A stretch of DNA of 64,000 bases from Botryllus schlosseri (Eukaryota): NCBI GenBank assembly GCA_051294905.1, contig CM119378.1, positions 6,758,001-6,822,000 of the forward strand. The letters are read 5' to 3'. The translations under genes and the position numbers were made by a program. The notes under the pieces are model-generated. The model made no database searches. It saw nothing but the letters and a program-made list of their open reading frames with translations, and was not told where the DNA came from. Shown piece by piece: positions 1 to 11,600 of this stretch; positions within the stretch are counted from its first letter, which is position 1, and each line of letters opens with the position of its first letter.

Positions 1-1404
1 CACAACATTGTGTGGCGCCAAAGCTAATACCATTCTTCGGTCCTGTACAAAATTAAAATAAATTGTTCACATCAAATGAAAAAATGTAATTGGGCCATGC
101 TCAAAGTCAGGGGATGAGGTTTCAGTCATGGGCAAATTCCAGGTATGCTAGGAGAGATAGCTACCGCATGCGCACTTAAAATATCAAAGCGATATCTCAA
201 CCCTATACTAGCGGTGAGGTCGATTGTTACATTTGCCCCTGATTACATTTGTCCGCGGTCTCCCCTACTTTATATGTATCGGTGTGTCCTGGCGCGGTAA
301 CGGGGAACGCCAATATGCCCATTTCTATAAATCTTGAGTATTTTTTGTTGTGGGAAGAGTATAGGCTACCCGAAAATCAAGATAACTCGCAAGTTGAAAT
401 CGCGCCCAGCGTGAAAAAATTTTGAAAAAGTTGTATAAAATTTCAAAAAAATACTCTATAAGTTATGCCAATTCACGAAAGAATTTTGGGCCCCCTTTGA
501 GCTCGCCCCCCCCCAATTGGAGGGTTTGGGGTGAGGCAGTTACAGGCCTGCGTGCAGTCTTTCCTAAGGTTTTCTACGGCCGTCTTGCAGCCGGAGTTCA
601 AAGAAGTTGTTGACACTTTTGAGCGGTCACATTTGTCTTGGACATTACGTACACATCACGTTAATTATTAAAAACTGTTTTAGTCTCAATGATGTTCATT
701 TTATTGACCCATCGCAGTGGATCTTCTCGCTATTTAGGTCATGTGAGCCACGACAGTAACACGCGTAATATTCATTGTTTTGCTTATCGTCAGCTTTCGT
801 GCAACTTTTTCACTCGGTATCCCTCGTTTTTCATGCGCCCGTATTTTCGTCTCTACTAATGACTTTCTGGCTCAGTTCACCCCTTCTTCTTTTCTGGCAC
901 CTTCACTCTTGGCTTTTCATGCTTTTCATGTACTGCAATCGCAGTGAGGTTTACTATGAGGTTTATTATTAGGAGGCCAGATAAACCTCCGACGCATAGA
1001 GTTATAGGTAGAAATGGGGATCGAATCCACTACCATTGGTGTCGCCATCGATGGCGGCTTAACCAACTGCGCTACTCGCTTCCCCTTTTTGGTCTCCATG
1101 CGTTACAATTAAAGTTTACATTAAATACGATTTATTGTGGTGAGATAGCGTATATACACAGCTGCAACAACAATGGGGTTGCGAGTTCGAGTCCGACCGA
1201 GGTCGACTCCAGAATTATTACCTAGGTTCCTTCTCGACATATCATCCGTGTAAGCGGTGTCTTATAGAAACCTAAATTGGACCGTGTGACAAGTCGGTAG
1301 CAATAACAGAATAAAAATGAAGAAAATTGGCCTGGTGTAAACGATCATAGTAGACGACAAACACCATGAATACTACAAACACCCACATTAAATATGATTT
1401 AATC

Positions 1405-1516
1405 CTTGTATAGGTGGATAAATCCGCGATTAATATCTCGATTCAGGAATCAGGCCCGTCAAGTACTTTATTTTATGCATATCTGGCCCGCCAACTGGAG
1501 AAGTTGCCCGCCCCTG
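1405..1516 (-). mobile_element. Partial copy of the CAGGGGCGGG MITE end
   Basis: The reverse complement reads CCAGGGGCGGGCAACTTCTCCAGTTGGCGGGCCAGATATG...AAGTACTTGACGGGCCTGATTCCTGAATC, clearly homologous to 3132-3240. Confidence 0.6.
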
Positions 1517-2655
1517 GGTTAGCGGCTAAATGGAATGGAATGGAATGAGTCATGGTCCAGTGACTTCAGCTGAATCGGTGATTCATGCATGAATGAATAT
1601 TCCTGCGTTCACGTCATCTCATGTTGCTTGGCTGTCAACTAAAATAAGGAATAACGAACTATATGAAATTAAACTATAACGTATGACAGCATGACAGCCA
1701 GTTCTGGCAAAAAAAGAGTTTTATATCAAACAGCTTTACGAAGAGAGGCATCTTCTGGTTTCATGAATCGGAAATTAACATAATACATGTTGTATAATAG
1801 TATTCTTCAGTTCGCGGTCTCTCCAAAGTCCAAAGTATATCCTCTATAGCCCTGTAGATTTTCGGCGATATTTATCTTGTTATGTACAGTACATTTATCC
1901 AAGCGGTGGTCTGTTACTGTCTTTTTCAATTTAATGGACAAAATACTGAGCTGTTGACACTATCTATCTTATTGTAGTTGACAACTTGATCCACTGTCTA
2001 TCTTGACTTATGACTTGGAATACAATTGCCCTTGCCCTATACCGTAGTCCGTAGCTAACACTTAACACCAATGCATTCGGTATGAAAGACATACTACTTA
2101 TTGTAGAAGTACCGATACCTACTACCGTATACCACATGTTTTACGCCACAGTGACCTATACATAATTAATTCAAGCCTTACAATCTGTTGTTATAGTATA
2201 TAGCTATATATGCGATATAAATTTAAAACATAGGCCTACCGTACATATCTGAAATATTATCTTTGAGGTAATCTGTAGATTTAGACAACCTCGGGAAACG
2301 ACCAACAATCCAAAATATTGATATACAGCTCAGATCTGAACTTATAATATGTGGTTAACTATTATACCATGTTACTTGAGGTACAGACTGAGAAACAGTG
2401 GTTGCTTTCATCACTAAGTTGCACGAGACAAGGGTTTCTTGCATAGAATAATTGAGTAATTGAATGTAAAGTTGTGCGTGATGTTGGCACCAATTCCACT
2501 CTGGCTTGAGGCACATCATCGGACATCTACTGGAAGATCGAATTGATAACATAAATTTGACCAGATCTATTTCTATAGCACAAAGTGTGGAGTTATTTAT
2601 TGAATTTGCGTTAAACCGAAAAGATTTGAAAAAAAAACCTTATAGTACATATTCC

Positions 2656-5600
2656 ATGGAGGCTCCGTTTAATGATATTAAAAGCATTTTCAAGAAGCAA
2701 AGATCCATTCCTACTAATAAAGTAAGCAGTTTTCATCTGTTTTATTGTTTTTGTACCAGCTAATATTTGGATTTTGTCAATTCAGACATGTTTTGACTGT
2801 GGCGCGAAGAACCCAACTTGGGCCAGCATAACGTACGGTGTTTACTTATGTATAGACTGTTCCGGCGTTCACAGATCACTGGGAGTCCATTTAACATTTA
2901 TCAGGTGTGTCTATTTAATTCAATTCATTTATAATATCAGTCGCGTTGGTTTTTTATAGATTTCGGTTTCTAGGGAGAAAAAGACAGAAAACAAATTTAT
3001 TAATCATAAAACAGGAACACTAACTTCCTAGTGTAGCGAAACTTCATGGAGTATCTGATCCATGTTATTACGGTAGTGAATGGGATGCATTTCATGACGA
3101 ATTTCCATCAAAACAGGATTATATTGTTAACCAGGGGCGGGAAACTTCTCCAGTCGACGGGCCTGATATGGAAAAATGAAGTACTTGGCGGGCCGGATTC
3201 CTGAATCTACACATTATACGCGTATTTATCCGCCTATAAAAGAATTAATCGTATTTAATGTAAACTGTAAGGGGGAAGCATAGAGACCAAAACAGCATTC
3301 AATGAATTTATAAACGTAATATACCTCAATTATTAATAGCTGTTCATGTCAATGAGACATCTGTGGCCTATCAAAGTTGTGTACAGGTTCTATGAACTCT
3401 GCCTTCATGACGGACATAAAGAAAACAAATAACTATAAAGAATAACTAAAAAATCAGTATTATATGTGTCCGAAAAAAGAAAGAATAACCTACAGTCACT
3501 ACAATTTGACGTATAGGCTAGTAATACAAATAATGGGAAATTGCGGCATACTGTGACAGCGGTCGATATTATCATGTAAGACCTTGAACTGTCTGTGGGC
3601 CGCTCAAAATCACGTTCCGCGGCTGTATGTTACCGGTCCCTGCTATAGACCTATAACGCAGATCATGCAAGCATACAATACGGGGTATTAATACTTTTCA
3701 GACATAGAATCAGGCATTTATATGGAACTGAAGCTTGCATGAGAAAGCCCATCTTATCCGTTACAATTAGCTGTGTTGTAATAATATATTTTGAACCTCC
3801 GTACTAGAATACCACAATTCTTGGTATAGATCTACTCAACTGGACCAAAAGTGGACATGGGACCAATTACGGAGTATGCAGGTCGGCGGTAACGCCAACG
3901 CTAGAGCGTTTTTTCGATCGCACGGATGTAGCTCGAATGATATTCAAACAAAATACAACAGCCGCGCCGCTGTGCTGTACCGAGGGAAACTGAAAAGCAT
4001 GACCGTGGAAGCTTTGAAGAAATATGATAACTCGGTATGTATGTACAGTGCAACAGGCTAGTTCCAGAAAATGATAATACCGTAGTGTATTTTTATACTG
4101 GCATATCTTGTGAATTGCGCTAGTCTGTTATTTTGATCGCTTGACACAGATTTTGAGCAGCAAGCACCCTGTAATGTAAGAACACTAAAATAGTACATTC
4201 ACGGTTTGTTGGCAAAGCTTCTTCGAGATTCGGTTGACACTCATCAGGGGTAATCGTCAGCAACTAGTAGAGAATGGAAAAGAACATCGTATATCAACAA
4301 TCGTATCACAAAATATGACGTCACCAGCTAGTTGCTGACGATTACCCCTGACGAGTATCAGCCAAAAATATTCGAGTTCATTTCAATATGAATATACTAC
4401 TCGATCGTATATTATAGTTCTGTACCTCCCAGAAGATCTTCAAATATCAACAATCGTATCACATAAATATGACGTAACCAGCACAATCTTATTCGAAATT
4501 TCGTGCTGGCGACGTCATATTTTGTGATATGATTGTTGATATACAATGTCCTTTTTCCAATTCTCTTTTAGTTGCTGACGAGAGGTATAATACTCTTGAT
4601 AAAACTAAATTCAAGAGCGATTGGTGTCGCGGATTGTGATGTCTAACAGAATACCACTAACGTAGGATGGACCTAGGTTATTCCAATTACTATTTTTTAT
4701 TCCCACACCAGACCTAGCCAAGTACCGATAGGACTGGCTCAGGGGCTCAAAGGACATATAATTCAGCATCAACAATACAAGCAGTTACGATCTTTCAGAT
4801 ATCTCATATTTTTCGTTTTATGGTTCCGCAATTTTCCAGATGTCATACACAGAATACGCTAGCATTTTCTGATTAACTGAACACTATGTCATGTCAGATT
4901 TATACAACTAGAAATATCTAGTCGTCTAATTGAAGCGAAATGCCAATACGGGTTATCTAATTTTCGTGATTCGTGAAGTGTTTATTTGCTGTAGTTCTAA
5001 TCTGTTTTGTGAACTTTTTCTGTGCTCGAATTTCAATACTAATCTAATGTCTGGATTTCCTGGTGCAACGCGAACCAAGCTTCTTGTACACGAATTTTAC
5101 ATTCTCGTGCTTATGAAACGAACTCTCCTTCAATATGAATTGAACTTCATCATTCAAAGTCCAAGTTGTCTCGAATTCAGCAATTGTAAGTCTAATCTAA
5201 TTTGAAAAAAAAAAACGGTGTTGCTATAATTTCAATTCTAATCTAATTTGGAAAAAGCTGTGTAGTTATAATTCTAATTCTAGCCTAATTTGAAAAAACT
5301 GCTAGCTATAATGCTAATTCAACTCTAATTTGGAAACGCTGAAAAATTTCTAGGTGTCCTAGTTTGTATCGTGTCATGTGATACCATGTTTTTAGTTATG
5401 CTTGTTTATGCATGATGTGTGCTCTGTGCTGTATTAATGTCCGTTAAACATTGTCAACGTTTCAAAGGTTTTGCATATATCTTCGCAAAATTCGCCTGCC
5501 GAAACGATATCATCGTCCTCGCAAGCCGAAGATGATTTCTTCTCGAAATACGGCGGTGCTTCTATGAGCAAGAACTCGTCTCTCGCCAGTAACCAGTCTC

Positions 5601-8600
5601 CAAAACTGGGCAGACCTACTGAAGGACTAAAGCATGTTTCTTCGTCGCCCGCTGTTATTTCGTTGAGCAATGATGACAAAGGTCAGTGAACATTTGTATT
5701 TATGTGATGCCCGGTCAGCATACTTATATGTAGACATTGCTATGCCCTTTTGACTTCGGAAAATGATATACCGGTAGGCCTACAACTCTTATACGGTGTA
5801 ACACTCTTCATTGATTTTGTTTCTATTTGTAAACTTCATGTTAACCATCATTGCAATATTGAGTGATTTGTTGTGTTATGCCATCAAGTGCTAATACCCC
5901 GTAATGAAATAACTAAATAGGAAAAGTGAGTACCATTTGATTGTAAATACCAATGCTACTGATAGCATACATGGCCATTGGCCATTCATTGATTGTCTGT
6001 TTAATGCTTCATTGCTTGTTAATTCCTATGCCGTGTTGAAGATGCCCCTCATTAATCCTACCTTGTTGAAGATACAAGAAATTTCCACTCTACTGGGTGT
6101 CAAATATATAGCTTTTCGTATTAGAATCATCAAGCAAACCTCAAACGACAAAGGAAATGGAATTTTTCAACACTTTCAATTCTAAAGTTTCCCAGACTCC
6201 TCCCGAAACCAGAAAAACAGCATCGCAATACAAAGACCAAAGTTCAAGCGGTGAGATCAGATAGTTCAATGGTGCATTGCTCTCTTACGATGATTTCAAT
6301 TTGGCTGGTGTGCATTGATTTTAGGGATGTAAACGTAAATGACATGCAGACAGCATTAGCATTGAGTAGCAGTACCGATGTTTCTGTTATTGAAAACAAG
6401 ATGAGTGTCATTATGTACATAGTGAAGCCCAGTAACTTGTGATAATTTACGTTATTTGACCATTTAGTTTTAACAGGTTTCAAATATCACAGTCTTCAAT
6501 ACTACCGGTCTATTTCCTATTGCTATTAGAAGAGCTTCTTAGAGGTACAGAACTTCATTGTACAATTGGACAGTATATTGATATTGAAATAAACCCGAAT
6601 AATTTCGACAGACTCGTGCCGAACGATTATCCCTAACGAGTGCCCGCCAAAACCATTTGGGTTTATTTCAATATGAATATGCTGTTCAATTCTATTCCTA
6701 TTATAAATCTTTGGAAATCTTAGAAAATGGATAAATTGCATCAATTTTATTGCGATTTTGGTAATAATGGTAGTCAGCTTAAAGCTGGAATCATAAGTTT
6801 GATTTTAATGAAATGTATTTTAGTACCCGGTGAAAACTGCTAGACTTTGAATTGAGGACCTGAACCAAATGTTACTGTGAAGTCAAAATCTGTACTGGCG
6901 GACTTGAAGCGATCATCAGTTCGTAATAATAATTTGTTTTACTGTTTCAGGTCCAAGTGTAAACGCTGCTTTGAACCAGTGGGGCTCCGGGGATGTCCTG
7001 CTCTCCGCATCGTTAAGTAACGCCAGTGCCAAGACTGATACCGAATCACAAGTTGCCAAATCGAAAGAGGAAGAATTCTTTTCGCGGTACGGAGGACTAA
7101 AGACTACAAACGAGGACAGGAGCCAAAAAACTGTGGAGAGCATGCTCATCAGTTTGAGCACGACGGAAAAGGTGGAGGACGTCCTAAAGAAGGATGAGGG
7201 TGAAGCCGTCGACAACGATTGGCCGGATTTGGACGATTTTTCTAAAAAGGAAGAGACGGAATCGAAGCCAGCTGCGATACCGGAGAACTCAGAATCCAAA
7301 AAACAAAATGTTGTGTTTTTATCTAATACCGCTGCCTCTTCGCCCGTCAGTAAAACATCGAGTATCCTGGGTAAAAAGAAAAAAGGTATGTGTTTCTATT
7401 TGAGGTGTGCGTTGAATATGCGCGGCAGTAAATCGAGTCCACGACTTTGTGCCGGTCATGCCTCGCGTCCAGAAGTGGTTGTGAAGCAGTTGTGAAAACA
7501 TGACCACTTCGAAATAGTAGATGTAATTCGTTAAAGGCGCACTGCACTCTAAAAATGATGTGGTATCAAATTGAAGGGTAAAACGAAAAAAAAATTTTGG
7601 CCGCAGCCGTTTGCTTCAGAACGCCACCGTAATGGAGCAGCAATGTATTGAAATTTCCAGAAACACATCACGCTCCAGCAGTCGCGCAGAGATCGAACTT
7701 TATATACCGGTAGGCCTAGTTGTCAGCCGATGTTATGATGGAAATATGTAGTTCACGGACGCCGAGGTGGTTTAGATTCCGCGTTCAAAGGAAGATGTTA
7801 AGTCAGGAGATTCACGTCAAAATCAGGCCTAGTGTATTCTATTTCTGTCGCGTACAGTACAACATATTTCCTTCATAACGTCGGCCGACAACTATATAAA
7901 TTCGATCTCTGCGTGACTGCTGGAGCGTGATGTGTTTCTGGCAATTTCAATACATTGCAGCTCCATTACGGTGGCGTTCTGAAGCAAACGGCTGCGGCCA
8001 AAAATTTTTTTTCGTTTTACGCTTCAATTTGATACCACATCATTTTTAGAGTGCAGTGCCCCATTAATGACTACCTCTGTCGGCATGTAGATCAACTGCT
8101 TCACATAAAACAGGAAATGTTGGGTAACATAACATGACCACTTGAATGATTGGTGCAAGTAGACAAAACTTACAAGATAGCGTAATGATGAAGCGTCCGA
8201 CTTCTTGATCGGTAGGTCATAGGTTCGATCCCGGGCCGGGTCAGATCAAAGACCTGATTAGTAACACTGGTATCCATGACTTCCCTGCTTGGTGCTCATG
8301 CATGGATAGCATGGAGGGGTCGTGCAAGACTTCGAAAGCCTTACAAGGTTATATCGGCACCTTCCTTGTCCAGCAGCACATCCACATTATGCACTTGTGC
8401 TTATGCACAGATCGTATGCATGTATATCATGAGTGGGCGTATATGCCGCAATAAAGATCAAAGACAAAAATATTCAACGTACTATCATATTCCTACTCGA
8501 GTACTCTGGAAACTATACCCTCTTATACCTTCCCATTGTCGCACAGCGGGTCTCGGAGCCAAGAGGGGCAGCATCGGCGCGCAGAAAGTGAAAACGGACT

Positions 8601-11600
8601 TCAAAAATTTGGAAGATCAGGCCAAAGAAAGCGAAAGGCTCAACGCCAGCGCCAAGCCGCGAGCGCAAAAGAGAGAGGAGTATGTTTGTTGCGTGGTGAA
8701 TAACGCTGGGCTAAATCGACTGCCTGAGTGATTGGATTTCGGATCAAGTCGAGTATTTGAATATCACTCATTATAACATCATACAAGTATGGATGGTATG
8801 GCAAGTTGAAAAATGTATGTTTTACGCGAGCACAAAGAAATTAATGCCAGTTCAACAGCACATCAAGATTCTTGCTACCACATAGACATGGTCTATTGCA
8901 TTATGTGACAATGCCATCCTTCGATCACGGCATCCCAGAAATGTCGTTTCTACAGCAGCTTCGCAATACATGTTTTGGATGCTTGAAGTTTCAAGTCTTC
9001 CACGTTTGGGTAAACAGCACCGAAACCACAATCCTTGTTGATAATATAACTCTTATTTAATAATATCATTACAATTAATATTCAATTCGGATTCTAGCAC
9101 TCGGATCATCGAGTCTGGCCTTAGTTATTGCTAGTTCGGAAACTTTTTTTTTTCCGACAGCTTATCGTCCATGCTTTCGTATCAACCAAGCAAGCCCACA
9201 GCGAAGGTGCCCGAGCACAAAGCGGAAATGGCCGACCGTCTCGGGATGGGGTTCTCTTCCGGGAGGTCCGGAATTTCGCACTCTGCCGCTATCGAAACTA
9301 TCGAACAGGTGGGACGAAATCACAAGTATAAAATGTTGGTGTCTTGAAATGTTTATCTGGTAACTGGCTGGCACCGGCGGGTATCTCTGAAAAATTCTGC
9401 TTCACTTTTCAAAACTAAAACACAACCTCAACCGCAGAGTAATATATTGTTGGATGCAGAATTTCAATGCGTAACCAACTACGAAGACGAGATAACCTTC
9501 TGGGAAAATGTACATGTCTTGGGTACTTCCTTATCACGTCCACAACTTAAACCTAGTGCGAAGGAGTACGTGCTATTCGCTGCGACGGAGACATCTTTCG
9601 CCCTCCTTTTTCAGGTTTTTGAAAATGTCCTCCGAGGACGCCTAAATGAGCTCCTCTTTGGCAATGCGTCCTCCTTTACTGCTTTGAGGGGCTAAGATAA
9701 TGGATAGATTTGAGTAAAATGGGCATGAACGACGCTAAATAGGAAATTCGTGGTTCGATTGAAAACGACGACCTGTTTTTTCAGTCAACATCACTAAAAT
9801 CTTGAGTGAAAAGTTTGTAAATCGGGAGTCGAACATAAGTGATGACTTTTTTTTTTACTGAACTCATCAAACTTTTCAGCAAACTTAGCGAAGTCGGCTG
9901 ATTTCAGTTATGATCAAGTAACTTTTCAGATTTGCTAAAAGTGTCCTCCGGTTCCAAAATATTGTAAATTGACTAATCAGCCTCTGTGATGGACTAATAA
10001 TTGGCCGCCAGATTAAATTGCCGATCCTTTTTTTAGTCGGAACATATAAAATAAGCGGCGATATCTTACAATTTGACAAGGAGATGAATCTGATGACATT
10101 ATTTTCAGTTGACAGACTCAGTTTATGCAGCTTGACCTGACAGCAGTGCCCGAGTCATAGTTATACCTATGGAGGGTGCAGCACCACTCCAAAAAAGGTT
10201 GAAGAGAACTGCCTTGTATCAGAATTCACGCTCATATAGTGACACTTTCATTTTCGAATTCATTAACACAATATCGCTTTCATTGTAATAATAGTTATTA
10301 TAGTTCTAGTGCAAAACTCAACCAAGTGTTGAATTCATTGGTAACCCTTGAGATGATATCGATTTGTTTGTGTAGGAAGGGGTTCGTGACAAACGAAGCA
10401 ATGGTGGCGGACGCCGAAAAAACAGATATCTGGACGACTCCGACAGTGACGACGATGATTTTGTCGTGGTGCGGCAAGTATGTAATTTTTTTCGGTTCTT
10501 GTCTATTCTGGGAGAATTGAAAGAGTTGTAAACACGTAACTAGACTCCTAGCTGCATATCCCTTTTACCATACTATCGTTGTTGTTGTACTACTGGACAA
10601 TGGTTTTTTTCGATATTTTAGGCTGGCTCTCACCGACCGGAAATGTATCGAGACTTTGTAGCCGAGAGGTGAGTTTTCGAAGTCTATCATATTGGCAGTG
10701 CCTGTGGAAGCCTTTTCTGTACTGATAGAGCCAATATGAATTAGCTGTGCCTACTTCGTGTACTTCTCCGCATTGCTTACGTTGAGGAACTGCTACTTGC
10801 CTCCCACTCGCTACTTGCTTATGTTACAGACCGACAAGCTTCGATTCAAAGCCCATAAGCTCCGCTACGTCTTCGAATTGGGACAGCAGCGAGGTAATGA
10901 CGCGATTTTGTCTTAAGCTATTTTAGATCCGTGACAAATCTTAACACTAGCCTCAGCAGCAAACTGCTGTTGAAGAAAGTGTCGATAATTCCGTTCTCGA
11001 CATCGTTGATAGCGAACTGGGCATTTACCCGTTTGCGAATCGTATCCCTGGGAGAAGAGCCAGCGAGAGTGTACTTCTGGTAATGAGAGTAGCTGCAACT
11101 CGGCTATAAGTGTCACTTCAGCCGTGAACGTAGTTATGTAACGGGTATTTGCGCAAATACCGATGTGGCTGTTATGTGTACATAGTGATCTGCAGATCTG
11201 CAATAGTATTCTGAACCCCTGGTCTTGTCAGGGACGTGGTTGATATTTAAGGCTCGCTTGGACTTGTTGCTATTTGGTTGTCCTAGAAATCGAGATTCAT
11301 GGCTTCTGACATCACTAATTAATATTAAGGCGTTGAGTATTTGCAAGTTTATTTCACAGTATAATCTAACTGTCTTAAGTGTTACCTCGTTTCATGTATT
11401 TCCTCGTGATTTTTCACGGCCGGTAACATTTCCCTGCATCGCCTGACAGCCGCTTGCCGGCTAGTGGTCAAATCTGATAATCTGTCTATTCTCCATGGTG
11501 GCTCCACAAGCTGCTGAGGTCATTTCAGGTTTTAGGCATAGGTTTATATTGTGAACATTCATTTACGAGCTCGAGTACGAGTTCTTTGTGTTATTGTAGG

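Noticed and set aside
1-547. Possible end of a further DNA transposon (…GGGGTGAGGCAGTTACAGGCCTG at ~547)
   Set aside because: The other end and the TSD are not visible in the window, so the element cannot be delimited.
10472-10480. GC-AG intron donor (CG|GCAAGT) in ArfGAP
   Set aside because: Using it puts the next exon in a frame with a TAG stop. The GT donor at 10478 keeps the frame open.
11398-11420. ATT TCC TCG TGA TTT TTC as a pseudogenised first Glo3 motif (ISS*FF)
   Set aside because: It has an in-frame stop, no preceding K-A/S residues and no fitting splice sites, so it is a probable coincidence.
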